A stretch of DNA of 64,000 bases from Williopsis jadinii (Eukaryota), in NCBI GenBank assembly GCA_024346625.1, contig AP024665.1, forward strand, positions 1,178,001 through 1,242,000, in the 5' to 3' direction. The position numbers and the translations under genes were made by a program. Below are positions 11,298 through 22,476 of the stretch, one piece after another. Each line of letters starts with the position of its first letter. Position 1 is the first letter of the stretch. The notes under the pieces were generated by a model. It was given only the letters and a program-made list of their open reading frames with translations, was not told the DNA's origin and made no database searches.

Positions 11298-12674
11298 ATT
11301 GTTCTCAATTGGGTTCCACAGCAAAATCGAAAACAAGAAAAAGAAGCAATAACTTTTTGGGTATATGTTCGTATTTCGATTTGTTGTCGTGTTGTGGAAA
11401 GAGAGGAGGAGAGAAGGAAGAAAAAAGAGGAAAAGAAGGGGCAACGAACGGGACGCCCTCATTTGGGCAGGGAATTCATGCGCGGTGAAGTGCAAAAGAG
11501 AACGAAAAAAATTCTCGCAAAAAACAAGCGAATTGGGGAAGTGACAACATCGAGGAAACATACGCCAAGTTACCCAATTCGGTGTTTGCCACCAAATGAT
11601 TTTCGCAACGAACCTTTTGCATTTACGCAAAATTTCGGGCCTTGTGCAAAGCTCTGCCAAAAAACATGACGGTAAAAAAAGAACAAAAACCGAAACGTAA
11701 GGGAAAAGGGAAAAGGGGAACGATAGAAAGGGCATCAAAATCGTAAGCTAGCGCGGTTGATCAATTGTTGCTTTCAGCGATATGGTCAAATGAGCGTGAC
11801 GGTCCTTGTAACGTCTTCCGTAGATGAATCGTCATTGTATGAATTGAGTTCCAGAAAACCCGCGTTGAAGTTTCCCAAGCATCAGGTTATGTGTGTGAGC
11901 TCCCGCCAAAAAAATAAAAACAAAACAAAACAAAGGTAAACAAATCAAAACAAAGAAAACACATCCAGTATCAGGCTATGACTCTTTGTTTCCCCCATCA
12001 TCTCCCTCGTGATTACCTCTGTTGACACATACCGCTGTATTTGATCTCTAGCTTTTTAGATCAAATGCCTAGTTCCAAGTGGTTGTCCATTTCCCTTAGC
12101 TTACTGTGCTTCCGCCCCCCCCCCTTTTTCAATCCTTAGAACAACCCTTAACAAAAACACGCATTGTTCCCAGATTTCACATTGAAAACGACGAATGATA
12201 CTCTCCGATCCAACAGCTCCTCGATTGTCTATAACTCATAGGCATTATACTCACTAATCTGTACGTTTTTAGTGTGTGTTGGAAAGTTTTGCTCCTTTGT
12301 TCAAGTGGACAGATAAAGTTGGTTTTAACTAAAAAATTTGGGAGACGTCGAGCGAAAGGGCTCGTGCGCGAGTCTGGTTGCGCAGTTTTCGCAATTTTTT
12401 TTCTCTAACGGTGTGGGTGTGCTCTTCATTCGATTCATATTTGTTTTGTTTTTGGTGTTTTTTCGCCCACGATGTTCAAAAGGGCAATGCAAAAATTTGC
12501 GAAATTTTAACCAAAATACGAAAAACCTCCTTTGGGGTACAAACGACAAAATGCGTCTTAGATCAACGCTCTTTGCCTTGGAATAACAAGCTATTGGTCT
12601 TGTCTCTATACATCAATGGTCATTAATACGATATGTAAATACACATATATATAATGTCGATCTTGCTTTTTGCT

Positions 12675-14243
12675 TCAGGAATTGCCAAATTCCGTCATTG
12701 TAGCAGTTACAAGAATGATGAGCATTCCGAAGACGCTCCACTTCATCACTTGACTGGCAGACCCGCCAAACTGAATGGCACTTGAAAACATCTGCATGGC
12801 AACGATGATCAGGAACCCTGAAGTCACGCCAATCAGAGACCCGAAGACAAACATGGAGCCTTCATCTTCAAGAACACGTCCTCTCAATACTAGGAACGCC
12901 AGGAGTGCACCAACAGGTTGACTGAAGCCGCACAGCACGGCCGATGCACCAAACGCTTTGGTCCTCGAATCCAACGCCAGGTATAACGGTAACGTCATAC
13001 TAAACCCTTCAATGATGTTGTGTATGGCAAGTGAGAGGAAAATGGCGATTCCCAAGGATGGGTTGGCCTCAGATGTAGCGTACGTGATGAACCCCTCTGG
13101 TAGCTTGTGTAATGTAAGAGCAAGACAAGTCTGTAATCCAATGCTCAATAGCTTGGATACAGGAGTGTTGATCTGATGATGGTGATCATCCTTATGGGAA
13201 GCGTGTAAATCCAAATTAGGTTCACTCGAGAGCGTAATGTCTTGAGGAATCTGCACAGGTGGCAGACCTGGTATAGATGCCTGGCGTCTCATCACGTTTG
13301 TTGATGGTGGTTGTGTATATGCAACAAGTGAACTCATAGACTTGTTGATCTGCAACCCCCTGTAGAAATCCAGATGATGGATATCGTTTGAGACTTTATT
13401 CTTAATCTCTTGTGTGACACAGGTTGGATAGCCAACACAGTTTGTATCATTAATACCAGTACATTCATGTGCGTTATGTGATCCCAGGGTGATCTTGTCA
13501 ATAGCAGCTTCAAAGATAGACCTCTTGTGTTCTAACTGGGGACGAATCAACGCTGTATTCTCGGTTGGATAATCAACGTCATCGAAATAACTGTTCATTG
13601 TTGGGCCCTGCAACCCGTGGTATTCGATAATCTGTTCCTCATCTAAAGGTCCTGTGTTCGGAGTTGGGACCTTATCGTCGGAGCTATTGGCAGAAGAACT
13701 TGAATGGGAATGTGAGTGTGAGTGTGAATGTGAGTGTGAGTGCGAGTGCGAGTGTGAGTGTGAGTGGTGCTGCGTCGACAACGGTGAGATAGATCCATCA
13801 CTTGTGTCCGCATGGCTGTGCGTGTGCTCATCTCCGTCCCCACCGTGGTTACAGTGCACAATACTCTCACTAGTCATGTAATGCACCAGGCTGTTAAACA
13901 CCAGACAAAACACCGTCCCTCCAATGAAGAACACCATGACCCAGAAGCTCGGTGTGAACTTGCCCTTTTCCTTCTCCATAGACTTTTCAAAGTAGCTAAA
14001 GGACTCAGGAAGCAGGCGGTACAAACTCGTCAGCGTCAAGCACCCTGAGCTCATACTGAAGCCATAGATCAGTACTCTCTCTTCCCCCTTGATGGTGAAT
14101 GTAGACTTCCTATTGAAGAAGTGTATCAGCACATCAAGGTATATAGACGACGCTCCAATAATGCCCATAAGCGACCCTAAGAAGGCCAGAACCCACCCCT
14201 GGTGCTCCTCGAAGAAATCATGCAACGCTGGCCAGCTCATCAT
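12675..14243 (-). CDS. ZRT3: ZIP-family vacuolar zinc transporter Zrt3
   Basis: ZIP motifs LTLHKLPEGF and LAIHNIIEGF, with a His-rich loop (HS)n. Confidence 0.85.
   Translation of the reverse strand: MMSWPALHDFFEEHQGWVLAFLGSLMGIIGASSIYLDVLIHFFNRKSTFTIKGEERVLIYGFSMSSGCLTLTSLYRLLPESFSYFEKSMEKEKGKFTPSFWVMVFFIGGTVFCLVFNSLVHYMTSESIVHCNHGGDGDEHTHSHADTSDGSISPLSTQHHSHSHSHSHSHSHSHSHSHSHSSSSANSSDDKVPTPNTGPLDEEQIIEYHGLQGPTMNSYFDDVDYPTENTALIRPQLEHKRSIFEAAIDKITLGSHNAHECTGINDTNCVGYPTCVTQEIKNKVSNDIHHLDFYRGLQINKSMSSLVAYTQPPSTNVMRRQASIPGLPPVQIPQDITLSSEPNLDLHASHKDDHHHQINTPVSKLLSIGLQTCLALTLHKLPEGFITYATSEANPSLGIAIFLSLAIHNIIEGFSMTLPLYLALDSRTKAFGASAVLCGFSQPVGALLAFLVLRGRVLEDEGSMFVFGSLIGVTSGFLIIVAMQMFSSAIQFGGSASQVMKWSVFGMLIILVTATMTEFGNS
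13704..13768 (-). repeat. Hexanucleotide coding repeat encoding a (His-Ser)n tract in ZRT3
   Basis: Plus strand reads (TGAGTG/TGCGAG/TGAATG)n. Confidence 0.9.
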
Positions 14244-14634
14244 TCCTCACAGCGAAAGCAGTAACCTATACAGCTCAACAACGATATACAATCACCAAGA
14301 CAAAGCAGTGAAACGGAATTTCCAGGTCACTTTACCAAATCACAACAAACCCAAATTCCAATAGTTCTCTCAACGGAGCGCGCGTATCTACCTCTGCCCC
14401 TTTATATCTATCTCGAGATGTTGCAGCGATAACTTCAAAGGTTGTAAAATCATGCGGGCTTTCGCGCCAGCACGACACGAGCAAGATGTCTGGATGTGCG
14501 ATGCGCCATCATCGCATGAGGACTAGTGGGCGGTGGTATACCGTTTCTTGTGGGTTTTATTATGGATAACAAGCAGGGAAACTGAAGCCTTTGGTGAGTG
14601 TTATAGCCCTATAGATTGAATATATACGTTGACT

Positions 14635-16458
14635 TTATCCCTTTGTTTGTTTCTGGTGATCCCGTTGTAGTGAGACGGATGCTCTTCTACCAGCGATGAC
14701 AGACTCTATTGTCGTGACGTTGGCACTGTTCTTCACAGGTTGCGGATTAGTCTCCGAGTGGGTTTGGCCATGTGTCTCCTGTGTGGAGTTCATCGTCGAT
14801 ACCGAGGATGACGATGGGAGGCTCTCTATCGAGCTGCTTCTCTTCTTGTGGAACTCGTTGACGTCGATCTCTCCGTGCAGCCTGACAAACTGTATAAGCA
14901 CAGCTGCTATAAGCAGAAGAGCTGCAAATCCGTAGAACACGGCCTTGGGCATGAAGTTGACAGTTTGGCTGTAAACGTACAGCGCACTAGAAGGTGCCAG
15001 CATGCCGATGAGATTCTTCAGGACAGCCAATGCTCCGAAGATCGTGCCTGTTTTGTTCTCTGGGACGTACTTGATGATGGTTGATTGTACTGTTGGTGTG
15101 CAAAACGCACCTAATGACCCTAGTATTGCCGTTGCAAAGACTGCCATCTCGTTCTTTGCAACGAGAACAAGAAGTGGTACACACAGCTCGAAGAACACCG
15201 CGAGTGAAATCATTATCATATCAATACGATCCGGTGCTGACCAGTGAACAGTTGAAATCTTCTTCAACAAATGTAATAGTAGTGGGGAGACGAAGTACAG
15301 AACAAAGGTCTTTGATAACCCTGTGGCTGCAATATAGTAACCAAGAGCTTCGGAGTTTGCGTGGAAGTTGTAAACAGCGTACATCACTATCGGTCCGCCA
15401 ATGGCAACGGCAGATGCAATCACTAGGCATTCCACTGCGACGAGAAGAACAAAGTTGTAGCGTGGGATGAATCCGATGGCTCTGTGCTTTGGTAGCCATA
15501 GGTTCTGAACGATTGATAAACTCTCGGCAACAGAGTCATAACCATCATGTATATAATTCTTCCATGATGGAGGTCTAATTGACCTTTGAGAGGCAAAACT
15601 TGCTCTTCTCTGGAGATGCATAGACTGTGATCTATGCAACGATTTCTGAGGACGAGACTCTGGTATGACAAATATCCCAAATACCACCAAGCATATGTTG
15701 AGTCCGATGGACACGTACAAGGTGTAGAGCGGCTCGCCTGTTCCGTGTACAATGAAGCTACCGATAAGAGGTCCAACCCCTAGTCCAGCATAAAATGCAC
15801 CAATGGTGAACCCCAGCATTGTAGTTCTTGCATGAGGCTCCACGATATCAGTGACATAGCTCGATGCCAGGCTAACCATCATCGAAATACCACCTCCGAG
15901 CCCCATTATTCCACCATTGAGAATGAAAAACCACGGGTGGAATGGTGTGGATTCCAAAATCAACAACAGGTCGCCGATCTTATTGATCAGTGCCATTCCA
16001 CATGCAAATATCAACAGAGGCTTTCTCCCAACCCTATCACTCATCCCACCAATCTTCCCTCCTGCAATGACACCAACCACACCGTTGGCCAGCAGTATCT
16101 TAGCCTGGATTGAGGTCATCGACTGCTGTACTCGTGAGTCTGAGCAAACCACTGACGCGTCCAGCGACTGCTCGTGGATACACACTCTCGTGAGCAGCAA
16201 CATCACATAGCTCGCAACGTACACCATCGCTGAGACAAAATAGAGAAACAACACCGCGCACATGATCGTAACCGTGGGCTTACGGTGCCAGGCCAAGGAC
16301 TTGTGCGCCAGTCTCTGTTCGCGTAACCACCTAATATCGTCACTGTCATCTTCCTGGTCAACGTCTGTGATGGCGGATTCGAAAATCTGTACAGCAGCTT
16401 CTTCAGCGATAGAGTCCGGGTCCAGCAATGGCTGCGTCTCAGAGCTCGCCTCCCTCAT
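14635..16458 (-). CDS. Major facilitator superfamily transporter (YJL163C-like)
   Basis: About 12 hydrophobic segments and MFS motif A (GGMSDRVGRK). It has an N-terminal ETQPLL dileucine sorting signal; first ATG at 16458. Confidence 0.8.
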   Translation of the reverse strand: MREASSETQPLLDPDSIAEEAAVQIFESAITDVDQEDDSDDIRWLREQRLAHKSLAWHRKPTVTIMCAVLFLYFVSAMVYVASYVMLLLTRVCIHEQSLDASVVCSDSRVQQSMTSIQAKILLANGVVGVIAGGKIGGMSDRVGRKPLLIFACGMALINKIGDLLLILESTPFHPWFFILNGGIMGLGGGISMMVSLASSYVTDIVEPHARTTMLGFTIGAFYAGLGVGPLIGSFIVHGTGEPLYTLYVSIGLNICLVVFGIFVIPESRPQKSLHRSQSMHLQRRASFASQRSIRPPSWKNYIHDGYDSVAESLSIVQNLWLPKHRAIGFIPRYNFVLLVAVECLVIASAVAIGGPIVMYAVYNFHANSEALGYYIAATGLSKTFVLYFVSPLLLHLLKKISTVHWSAPDRIDMIMISLAVFFELCVPLLVLVAKNEMAVFATAILGSLGAFCTPTVQSTIIKYVPENKTGTIFGALAVLKNLIGMLAPSSALYVYSQTVNFMPKAVFYGFAALLLIAAVLIQFVRLHGEIDVNEFHKKRSSSIESLPSSSSVSTMNSTQETHGQTHSETNPQPVKNSANVTTIESVIAGRRASVSLQRDHQKQTKG

Positions 16459-16828
16459 GGTTACCTTCACTTTCCCTGCTGTAGGATTATACAACTGTCT
16501 TGCGAAGGGCGGCAGCTGTTGCTTGAAATTTGCTATTCGCTATATGGCCTTCTGAAGCGATTGCTATTCTGAATAGGAGAGTACGATGAACTCCTGTGTT
16601 TACGGTGCCTCCTCTGCGTAGAATCAGTGGGCTTCGTGGGACTGCCCACAACAATTGCGCAGAGGACTATCTTGCGTGCTCCCTAAATGGAAATAAGTCC
16701 GTGGGCAGTGTTCTCCAGAGCAAATACGCACGCAGTGGATGAGGTTGATTACGTGGTTTACCGCGATTGGATTGTACAATGAGCGTGTACGGTGTGGCGA
16801 TTCGAGTCTATGGAGCTGGTCTGCCGGT

Positions 16829-17416
16829 CTAAATCTCCTCTAGGAAGTCTTCCATGGTTCTCGCGTCCAAAGTCCATGTCTGTCCCTTAACAAGGCGATT
16901 CTCATCATCGCACCAGACATACACAACGCACTTCACCTGAGGATCCGCACTTCCACCAGCGTTGCTGGCGTTGCTGGCGTTGCTGTGCTGGGCTATCGAC
17001 ACCGATACGCTGACTTTCTCATACTCCTCGCCTTCGTAGCGATCAAGCAGCTCCATCTCTCTGGAGCCGAGCCCTTCGATTATCGTCCCGTCAACCACGC
17101 CGCACGCGTCCGCCACTATCGCAGGATATGCCTCGTTAGACACTGCAAACCGCTTGAACCCGTAGAGCGAGCCCGGTGAGAACCTCAGGTGCTCTACGGA
17201 CCCCTCACAGTGTTCCAGTCCCTGGGCAGCTAACACTCTTGACAAAATTGGCTTGTATTGGAGGGTACCATACACACTGCCCCATCCCTCCGTCCCCAAG
17301 AACCCTGTTAGTTACTGCGTTAAGCCTCAAGAGCGAGATGTATATAACGTGTCCCCCCAGCTCTTCCATAAGAGCCCTGTTACTTACAACAGCGGAGCAT
17401 TCTCTTTCAACACCAT
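16829..17416 (-). CDS. Gamma-glutamylcyclotransferase/AIG2-like protein, 2 exons (17416-17388, 17276-16829)
   Basis: Intron 17277-17387 (GTAAGT...AACTAAC...CAG) restores MVLKENAPLF-VYGTL, the family motif FVYGTL. It also has YPAI and LDRYEGEEY. Confidence 0.85.
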
Positions 17417-17706
17417 CGCACAGTCTGCTGAACAAGTCAGTAATCCACACACACAACTCCGTCTGCTGATAGGGGAGACATAACACGATATAAAGTGATT
17501 TGTATATACCCTGCGCACCACCACACCGAGCAATTCCGACTTACCGGAAAAAAAAATAGGGTTTGCTAATTCCGACGTGTCTGGTGTCTGGGTGTGTCGT
17601 GCCTCGAGAACAGCGCATCTCTTCAACTTTCCTCTGAGCGCGTTCAGTACTTCGCCCTTGTTGATCTCTCCGTTGTACCAATTGCTGTTGATCTGGGAGG
17701 CGAAAC

Positions 17707-20499
17707 ATGGCTAATAACCGTCTGCTGCTGCTCCTCGTGGGAGTGGCGTTCCACTTGTTCTACCTGTGGTCGATCTTTGACATCTACTTCGTGTCGCCGC
17801 TGGTTCATGGGATGCAACCTCATCTGTCAACACCAACACCACCTGCAAAGCGTCTGTTCCTGATTGTGGGGGATGGGCTGAGGGCAGACACCACGTTTGA
17901 TAACATCACACACCCCACCACCGGTGAGACTGGGTTCCTGGCGCCTTTCATTAGGAAAATGGCGTTGGAAGAGGGAACGTGGGGTGTTTCGCACACCAGA
18001 ATGCCTACTGAATCAAGACCGGGACACGTTGCTATGATTGCCGGTTTCTACGAGGATGTCAGCGCGGTCACCAAGGGCTGGAAGGAGAATCCCGTGGATT
18101 TCGACTCTGTTCTCAACCAAACAAGACACTCGTACTCCTTTGGGAGTCCCGATATCCTGCCGATGTTCAAAGATGGTGCTTCTGATCCGGGAAGAGTCGA
18201 CGCGTGGATGTACGGGCACGAGTTCGAGGACTTCACCCAATCTTCTATTGAGCTGGATGCATACGTCTTTAGAAACTTGTATGAGCTCTTTGATAACTCA
18301 ACTACCGATGACAGGCTCCACGAGCAGATTCATCAAGATCAAACTGTTTTCTTCCTCCACCTCTTGGGCTGTGATACTGCCGGTCACAGCTATAGACCGT
18401 ACTCTGCGGAGTACTACGACAACGTTATCTACATTGACGATCAGATATCGACATTGACGAAGCGTGTCAAAGAGTTCTTTGGTGACGATGACACTGCTTT
18501 CATCTTTACAGCAGATCACGGTATGAGTGCATTTGGTTCTCACGGTGATGGCCATCCAAACAACACAAGAACACCTCTTGTCGCTTGGGGAGCTGGTCTC
18601 AATCGTCCAGTCCTTAACGATGAGCCAATTTTTGATAACTATACCGAGAACTGGCAGATGGGATCAGTTCAAAGACATGACGTGAAACAGGCTGATATTG
18701 CTTCTCTGATGTCATACCTCATTGGTGTAAACTATCCAGTGAATTCCGTTGGTGAATTACCATTGGCATACATCTCAACCTCTGAGGAAAACAAACTAAA
18801 GGCATTATTCCAGAATGCTTTGTCGATCGTTGAACAGTATCATGTCAAGGAACAAGAGCTGAAGGACTCACAGTTCTTCTTCAAACCCTTCGAACCGTTT
18901 GAGGAAAAACCGATTGAACAGTATAAGTCAGAGATTGAGTCCTTGATCCATATAATTGCACAATCTGATAATTTCGATAAAGAGGCAGACGCCATCAAAC
19001 TCACCGAAGAATTGATGAAAACTACACTCGATGGCCTCACCTATTTGACAACCTATAACTGGTTGTTGCTACGTTCAATTGTCACCTTAGGATTCGTTGG
19101 ATGGATCACATATTCCTTTATCATCTTCCTGAGACTATTTATTTTGGAAAAAGACGTTAAGACCACAACTTCAATATTGAACCTGCTCTCCTTCACTACA
19201 ATTGGTCTAATTTTGAACTACATTCTATTCTACCAACGCTCACCATTCAACTACTACATGTATCTGCTATTCCCACTTTTCTTCTGGTCTCAGATCACAG
19301 CAAAGTCATCTGTTTTAACCGAGGGTATGCACACATTCTTCAGAGGTATTTCCAAAACGCACGGATTCTTTATTCTGTTGGCGACCGTTGGTGTATTCGA
19401 AGGTATCGTTTTAGGCTTCTCAGAGAGACTCATCTTCACGGTCTTTTTCATCATCTTGGGGTTTTACCCATTGACATTGGGTGTTCAAAAACCTACAACT
19501 TTGATACTTTGGCTCATAACATGTCTGGGAATGAGTACATATACCATTTTCGATGCAGTTAAGATTGAGGACTTGTTGCAGATCGATGTTGCTGGTGTAT
19601 TGATGATTCTGCTGGCGTCCTATGGATACTGGAAAATCCTCGTTGAGGCCTCTACAAATCCAAAGTTCCCACCAATTTCCTCCTACACCAAGACGTTGAT
19701 CTCAATTCAAATATCCCTAGTTGCAGTAATGATCCTCATCACCAACAAGTCTGTCTTATCATTGCAAGCTCGTGAAGGTTTACCAAAAATTTCACAGTTC
19801 CTTGGTTGGCTGAACTTTGTCGTATCCCTTTTCGTCTTGCCTTGTTTGCATTATTTGGATCCACATAACGATTACCGTATCAGACTGTTGGTGATCTTCC
19901 TTGCATTCGCACCAACGTTCCTTATTTTAACGATATCATTTGAATCGTTATTCTACGTAAACTTTTCCCTGTTGTTGCTAGAATGGATTTCCATTGAGAC
20001 CTCTATATTCGAGTCACAACGTACAGAGTCGAAGCAGAAGAACAACACTCAGTTGGTTCGTGTTTCAGTCATTGGGTTCCTGTTCATGCAAGTGTGTTTC
20101 TTTGGTACTGGTAACGTTTCAAGCATTTCATCGTTCTCACTTGATTCCGTTTATAGACTGTTGCCAGTTTTCGATCCATTCCCAATGGGTGCTCTACTGA
20201 TGCTCAAGTTGATCGTTCCATACGTGCTGTTGAGTACAGCCCTTGGAATCCTGAACGTGAAACTTGGTATCAAGCCTTATACGATTTCCACTTTGATTAT
20301 CTCTACGAGTGATATCTTGTCGTTGAACTTCTTCTACCTTGTGAGAACTGAGGGAAGTTGGTTGGACATTGGTGTTACAATTTCAAACTACTGTCTTGCC
20401 ATCCTTTCCAGTTTGTTCATGCTAATATTGGAAATTGTGAGCCATGTTCTCTTGAAGAATGTTCAGTACAACGACAGTGAGAAGTTAAAGACTGAATAA
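17707..20499 (+). CDS. MCD4: GPI ethanolamine-phosphate transferase 1 (PIG-N)
   Basis: [40 protein letters not shown] and TADHGM motifs, with a polytopic C-terminal half. Confidence 0.97.
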   Translation: MANNRLLLLLVGVAFHLFYLWSIFDIYFVSPLVHGMQPHLSTPTPPAKRLFLIVGDGLRADTTFDNITHPTTGETGFLAPFIRKMALEEGTWGVSHTRMPTESRPGHVAMIAGFYEDVSAVTKGWKENPVDFDSVLNQTRHSYSFGSPDILPMFKDGASDPGRVDAWMYGHEFEDFTQSSIELDAYVFRNLYELFDNSTTDDRLHEQIHQDQTVFFLHLLGCDTAGHSYRPYSAEYYDNVIYIDDQISTLTKRVKEFFGDDDTAFIFTADHGMSAFGSHGDGHPNNTRTPLVAWGAGLNRPVLNDEPIFDNYTENWQMGSVQRHDVKQADIASLMSYLIGVNYPVNSVGELPLAYISTSEENKLKALFQNALSIVEQYHVKEQELKDSQFFFKPFEPFEEKPIEQYKSEIESLIHIIAQSDNFDKEADAIKLTEELMKTTLDGLTYLTTYNWLLLRSIVTLGFVGWITYSFIIFLRLFILEKDVKTTTSILNLLSFTTIGLILNYILFYQRSPFNYYMYLLFPLFFWSQITAKSSVLTEGMHTFFRGISKTHGFFILLATVGVFEGIVLGFSERLIFTVFFIILGFYPLTLGVQKPTTLILWLITCLGMSTYTIFDAVKIEDLLQIDVAGVLMILLASYGYWKILVEASTNPKFPPISSYTKTLISIQISLVAVMILITNKSVLSLQAREGLPKISQFLGWLNFVVSLFVLPCLHYLDPHNDYRIRLLVIFLAFAPTFLILTISFESLFYVNFSLLLLEWISIETSIFESQRTESKQKNNTQLVRVSVIGFLFMQVCFFGTGNVSSISSFSLDSVYRLLPVFDPFPMGALLMLKLIVPYVLLSTALGILNVKLGIKPYTISTLIISTSDILSLNFFYLVRTEGSWLDIGVTISNYCLAILSSLFMLILEIVSHVLLKNVQYNDSEKLKTE

Positions 20500-20567
20500 A
20501 ACCCTGTATATTAATATCATAATCTAAGGAAAACCACACACACATGTTATATAGGACGAGAGAAGAT

Positions 20568-21416
20568 CTACTTATTCTTCTTTTCAGATGACACTTTCTT
20601 CTTTTTGAAGGCGATGATCTGTAAGAACAGGATCAAATTCAAGACAACGCTTGCTCCATACCCCAATAGGATTAACCGGTCATTGAAACCACTGCTCAAT
20701 ACTGTGAACACTCTGACGATGGTGCCTAGTAAACCAGCACCGATTGATGTCAATGACAAAGTACCAGTGGATTTTCTCTTAAAATTACCAATGATTTGAG
20801 GCAGCTTGGCCAATATGGTCAGGGGAGCCGCAAACTGTGCCAGAAAGTTAACATCCTTATCACTCAGAACCCCAATGTTACTAGGTGAAGGACTTCCCAG
20901 GAAGAAATAAGTAACAAGGGCACATAGGCCGATGAACGCGTTGATGTAACCTGCTCTGTTCGTATAGTAGAGAATCAAGGCCAAAATGACAACGTTCTGC
21001 AAGGCAGAGAACACCACTTCACCAAAGTTGGTGAATGGCATGTGCTGCCTAAAGTTATAGGCAATGGTGATGAGGTAGCTCAGTGTGTCCATGAGGATAC
21101 TCGGGAATGACAGGCCTTGAGCTGACGAGTTGGACAGGATGTTCAAGATTTGCGGCAGCTTGACGATGGACGACATGGAGAGAATACCCAGGCTCAACGT
21201 CTTTGAGATGAACTGTTGGATCAGTGGCGCGTTCTCAGGCTCGAAAAGGTCCAATTGGACAATCACCTTGTCGAAGACATCTCTTGAGTAGTAATCCCTA
21301 CCCAAGTTGACGATCTGCTCAGGCAATAGCGTCTTTGTCAATGGGCGCAATTGAGCCAGAATAGGCTCAGCAATTGGCTCGATCTGGTTGAGCAGCTGGG
21401 TGATCTGGTCAGCCAT
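20568..21416 (-). CDS. PQ-loop protein, mannose-P-dolichol utilization defect 1 (MPDU1/Lec35)-like
   Basis: Two PQ-loop repeats (SSIVKLPQILNILSNSSAQGLS; AKLPQIIGNFKRKSTGTLS) and a C-terminal KKNK ER-retrieval-like end. Confidence 0.85.
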   Translation of the reverse strand: MADQITQLLNQIEPIAEPILAQLRPLTKTLLPEQIVNLGRDYYSRDVFDKVIVQLDLFEPENAPLIQQFISKTLSLGILSMSSIVKLPQILNILSNSSAQGLSFPSILMDTLSYLITIAYNFRQHMPFTNFGEVVFSALQNVVILALILYYTNRAGYINAFIGLCALVTYFFLGSPSPSNIGVLSDKDVNFLAQFAAPLTILAKLPQIIGNFKRKSTGTLSLTSIGAGLLGTIVRVFTVLSSGFNDRLILLGYGASVVLNLILFLQIIAFKKKKVSSEKKNK

Positions 21417-21723
21417 CGTCTCCAGCGTGATTGATAACTACTCGCTTGTTTGGATTGAAGATGAGAAAGGCCACGTAGGTGATGTGCTCCGAGGCAGCTT
21501 AATTCTGAATACGCAGCGCTGCGCTGCATGGGAGTCGTTGAGGCACGCACGTGAAGGACACACGCTCTGTGTTTCTGGACAGGTGATCACGTGCTGATCA
21601 CGTGCTGATGATGATGATATGATGGTTTGATGGTATGATAGTTGTGGTGAGGGTCTGAGACCTCAGTGCTGGTGTCAATTGGATTGTCAGTGGCTCTGTG
21701 CTGCGACTAAGTGGCCAAGTTGG

Positions 21724-21788
21724 AGCTTCACTGTTTGCAGCTTCACTGTTTGCAGCTTCACTGTTTGCAGCTTCACTGTTTGCAGCTT
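21724..21788. repeat. 15-bp tandem repeat (AGCTTCACTGTTTGC) x ~4.3
   Basis: Directly visible perfect copies. Confidence 0.95.
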
Positions 21789-22212
21789 GTTCTGGAGATG
21801 AAGCGAAGCGCATAGCGCAGTATGGGAATATCGTACAATCTAATTAGATAGGGGGTGATTTGTACTGAAAATGTGATCTATATATATATATATACTGGTC
21901 TATTTAGTGATTGGTAGTATTCTTTATACCGAGATATATATTCTGGGAATATAAAGAATATGTAATTTTAATTTATTAGACAAGTCTGTTTTGCATCAGT
22001 AATATTAGTCAGAGAACTCCAGAGTCCAGTGAGCATTCTGGTGCCTGTGAAATCGGTCATATTATGCAATAATCACTCTTAAACAGAGTACAATAGCAAC
22101 ACTTGATAAACTGTTGAGTAAACACCGAAATAATACCAGGTTGAAGTAGAATACACGGTCCTGGCTATTGGCATAACCGATGAAGTGCTACTGGCTGTAT
22201 GACGCCGATGGG

Positions 22213-22268
22213 CTAATGTCCGGGTGCACATTCCCTAATGTCCGGGTGTTCCCCTAATGTCCGGGTGT
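22213..22268. promoter_or_regulatory. Three copies of CTAATGTCCGGGTG (reverse complement contains CACCCGGACAT, Rap1-like) upstream of PAN1
   Basis: Direct repeats that resemble the Rap1 consensus ACACCCRYACAY. Confidence 0.5.
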
Positions 22269-22476
22269 TTCCTGATACCGCCTAGCCCGCCCTCTCTTTG
22301 CGCTCCCGCCTCAACCTCACGCACTGAAATCTCGAAACCGTCTTGCACCCCTTCACCGGCTGACAACAACAACAAAATCTCCTCTCAACCATTGGACAAC
22401 GGCGTCGACCAGATCTTCTCGCCACGGCTCTGCATCCCACACGACCAGCTCATCACAGACGTCACGGAAGAGCACA

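Noticed and set aside
14432..14442. Zap1 zinc-responsive element upstream of ZRT3 (ACTTCAAAGGT)
   Set aside because: It has two mismatches to ACCTTNAAGGT, and no matching element was found upstream of the ZRT1/2 gene.
21724..21788. Tandem 15-mer and other short arrays as a CRISPR array
   Set aside because: The repeats are contiguous with no unique spacers, there are no cas genes, and the context is eukaryotic.
21586..22000. Point centromere (CDEI ATCACGTG followed by AT-rich DNA)
   Set aside because: No very AT-rich CDEII directly follows the CDEI-like site, and there is no CDEIII motif at the expected spacing.
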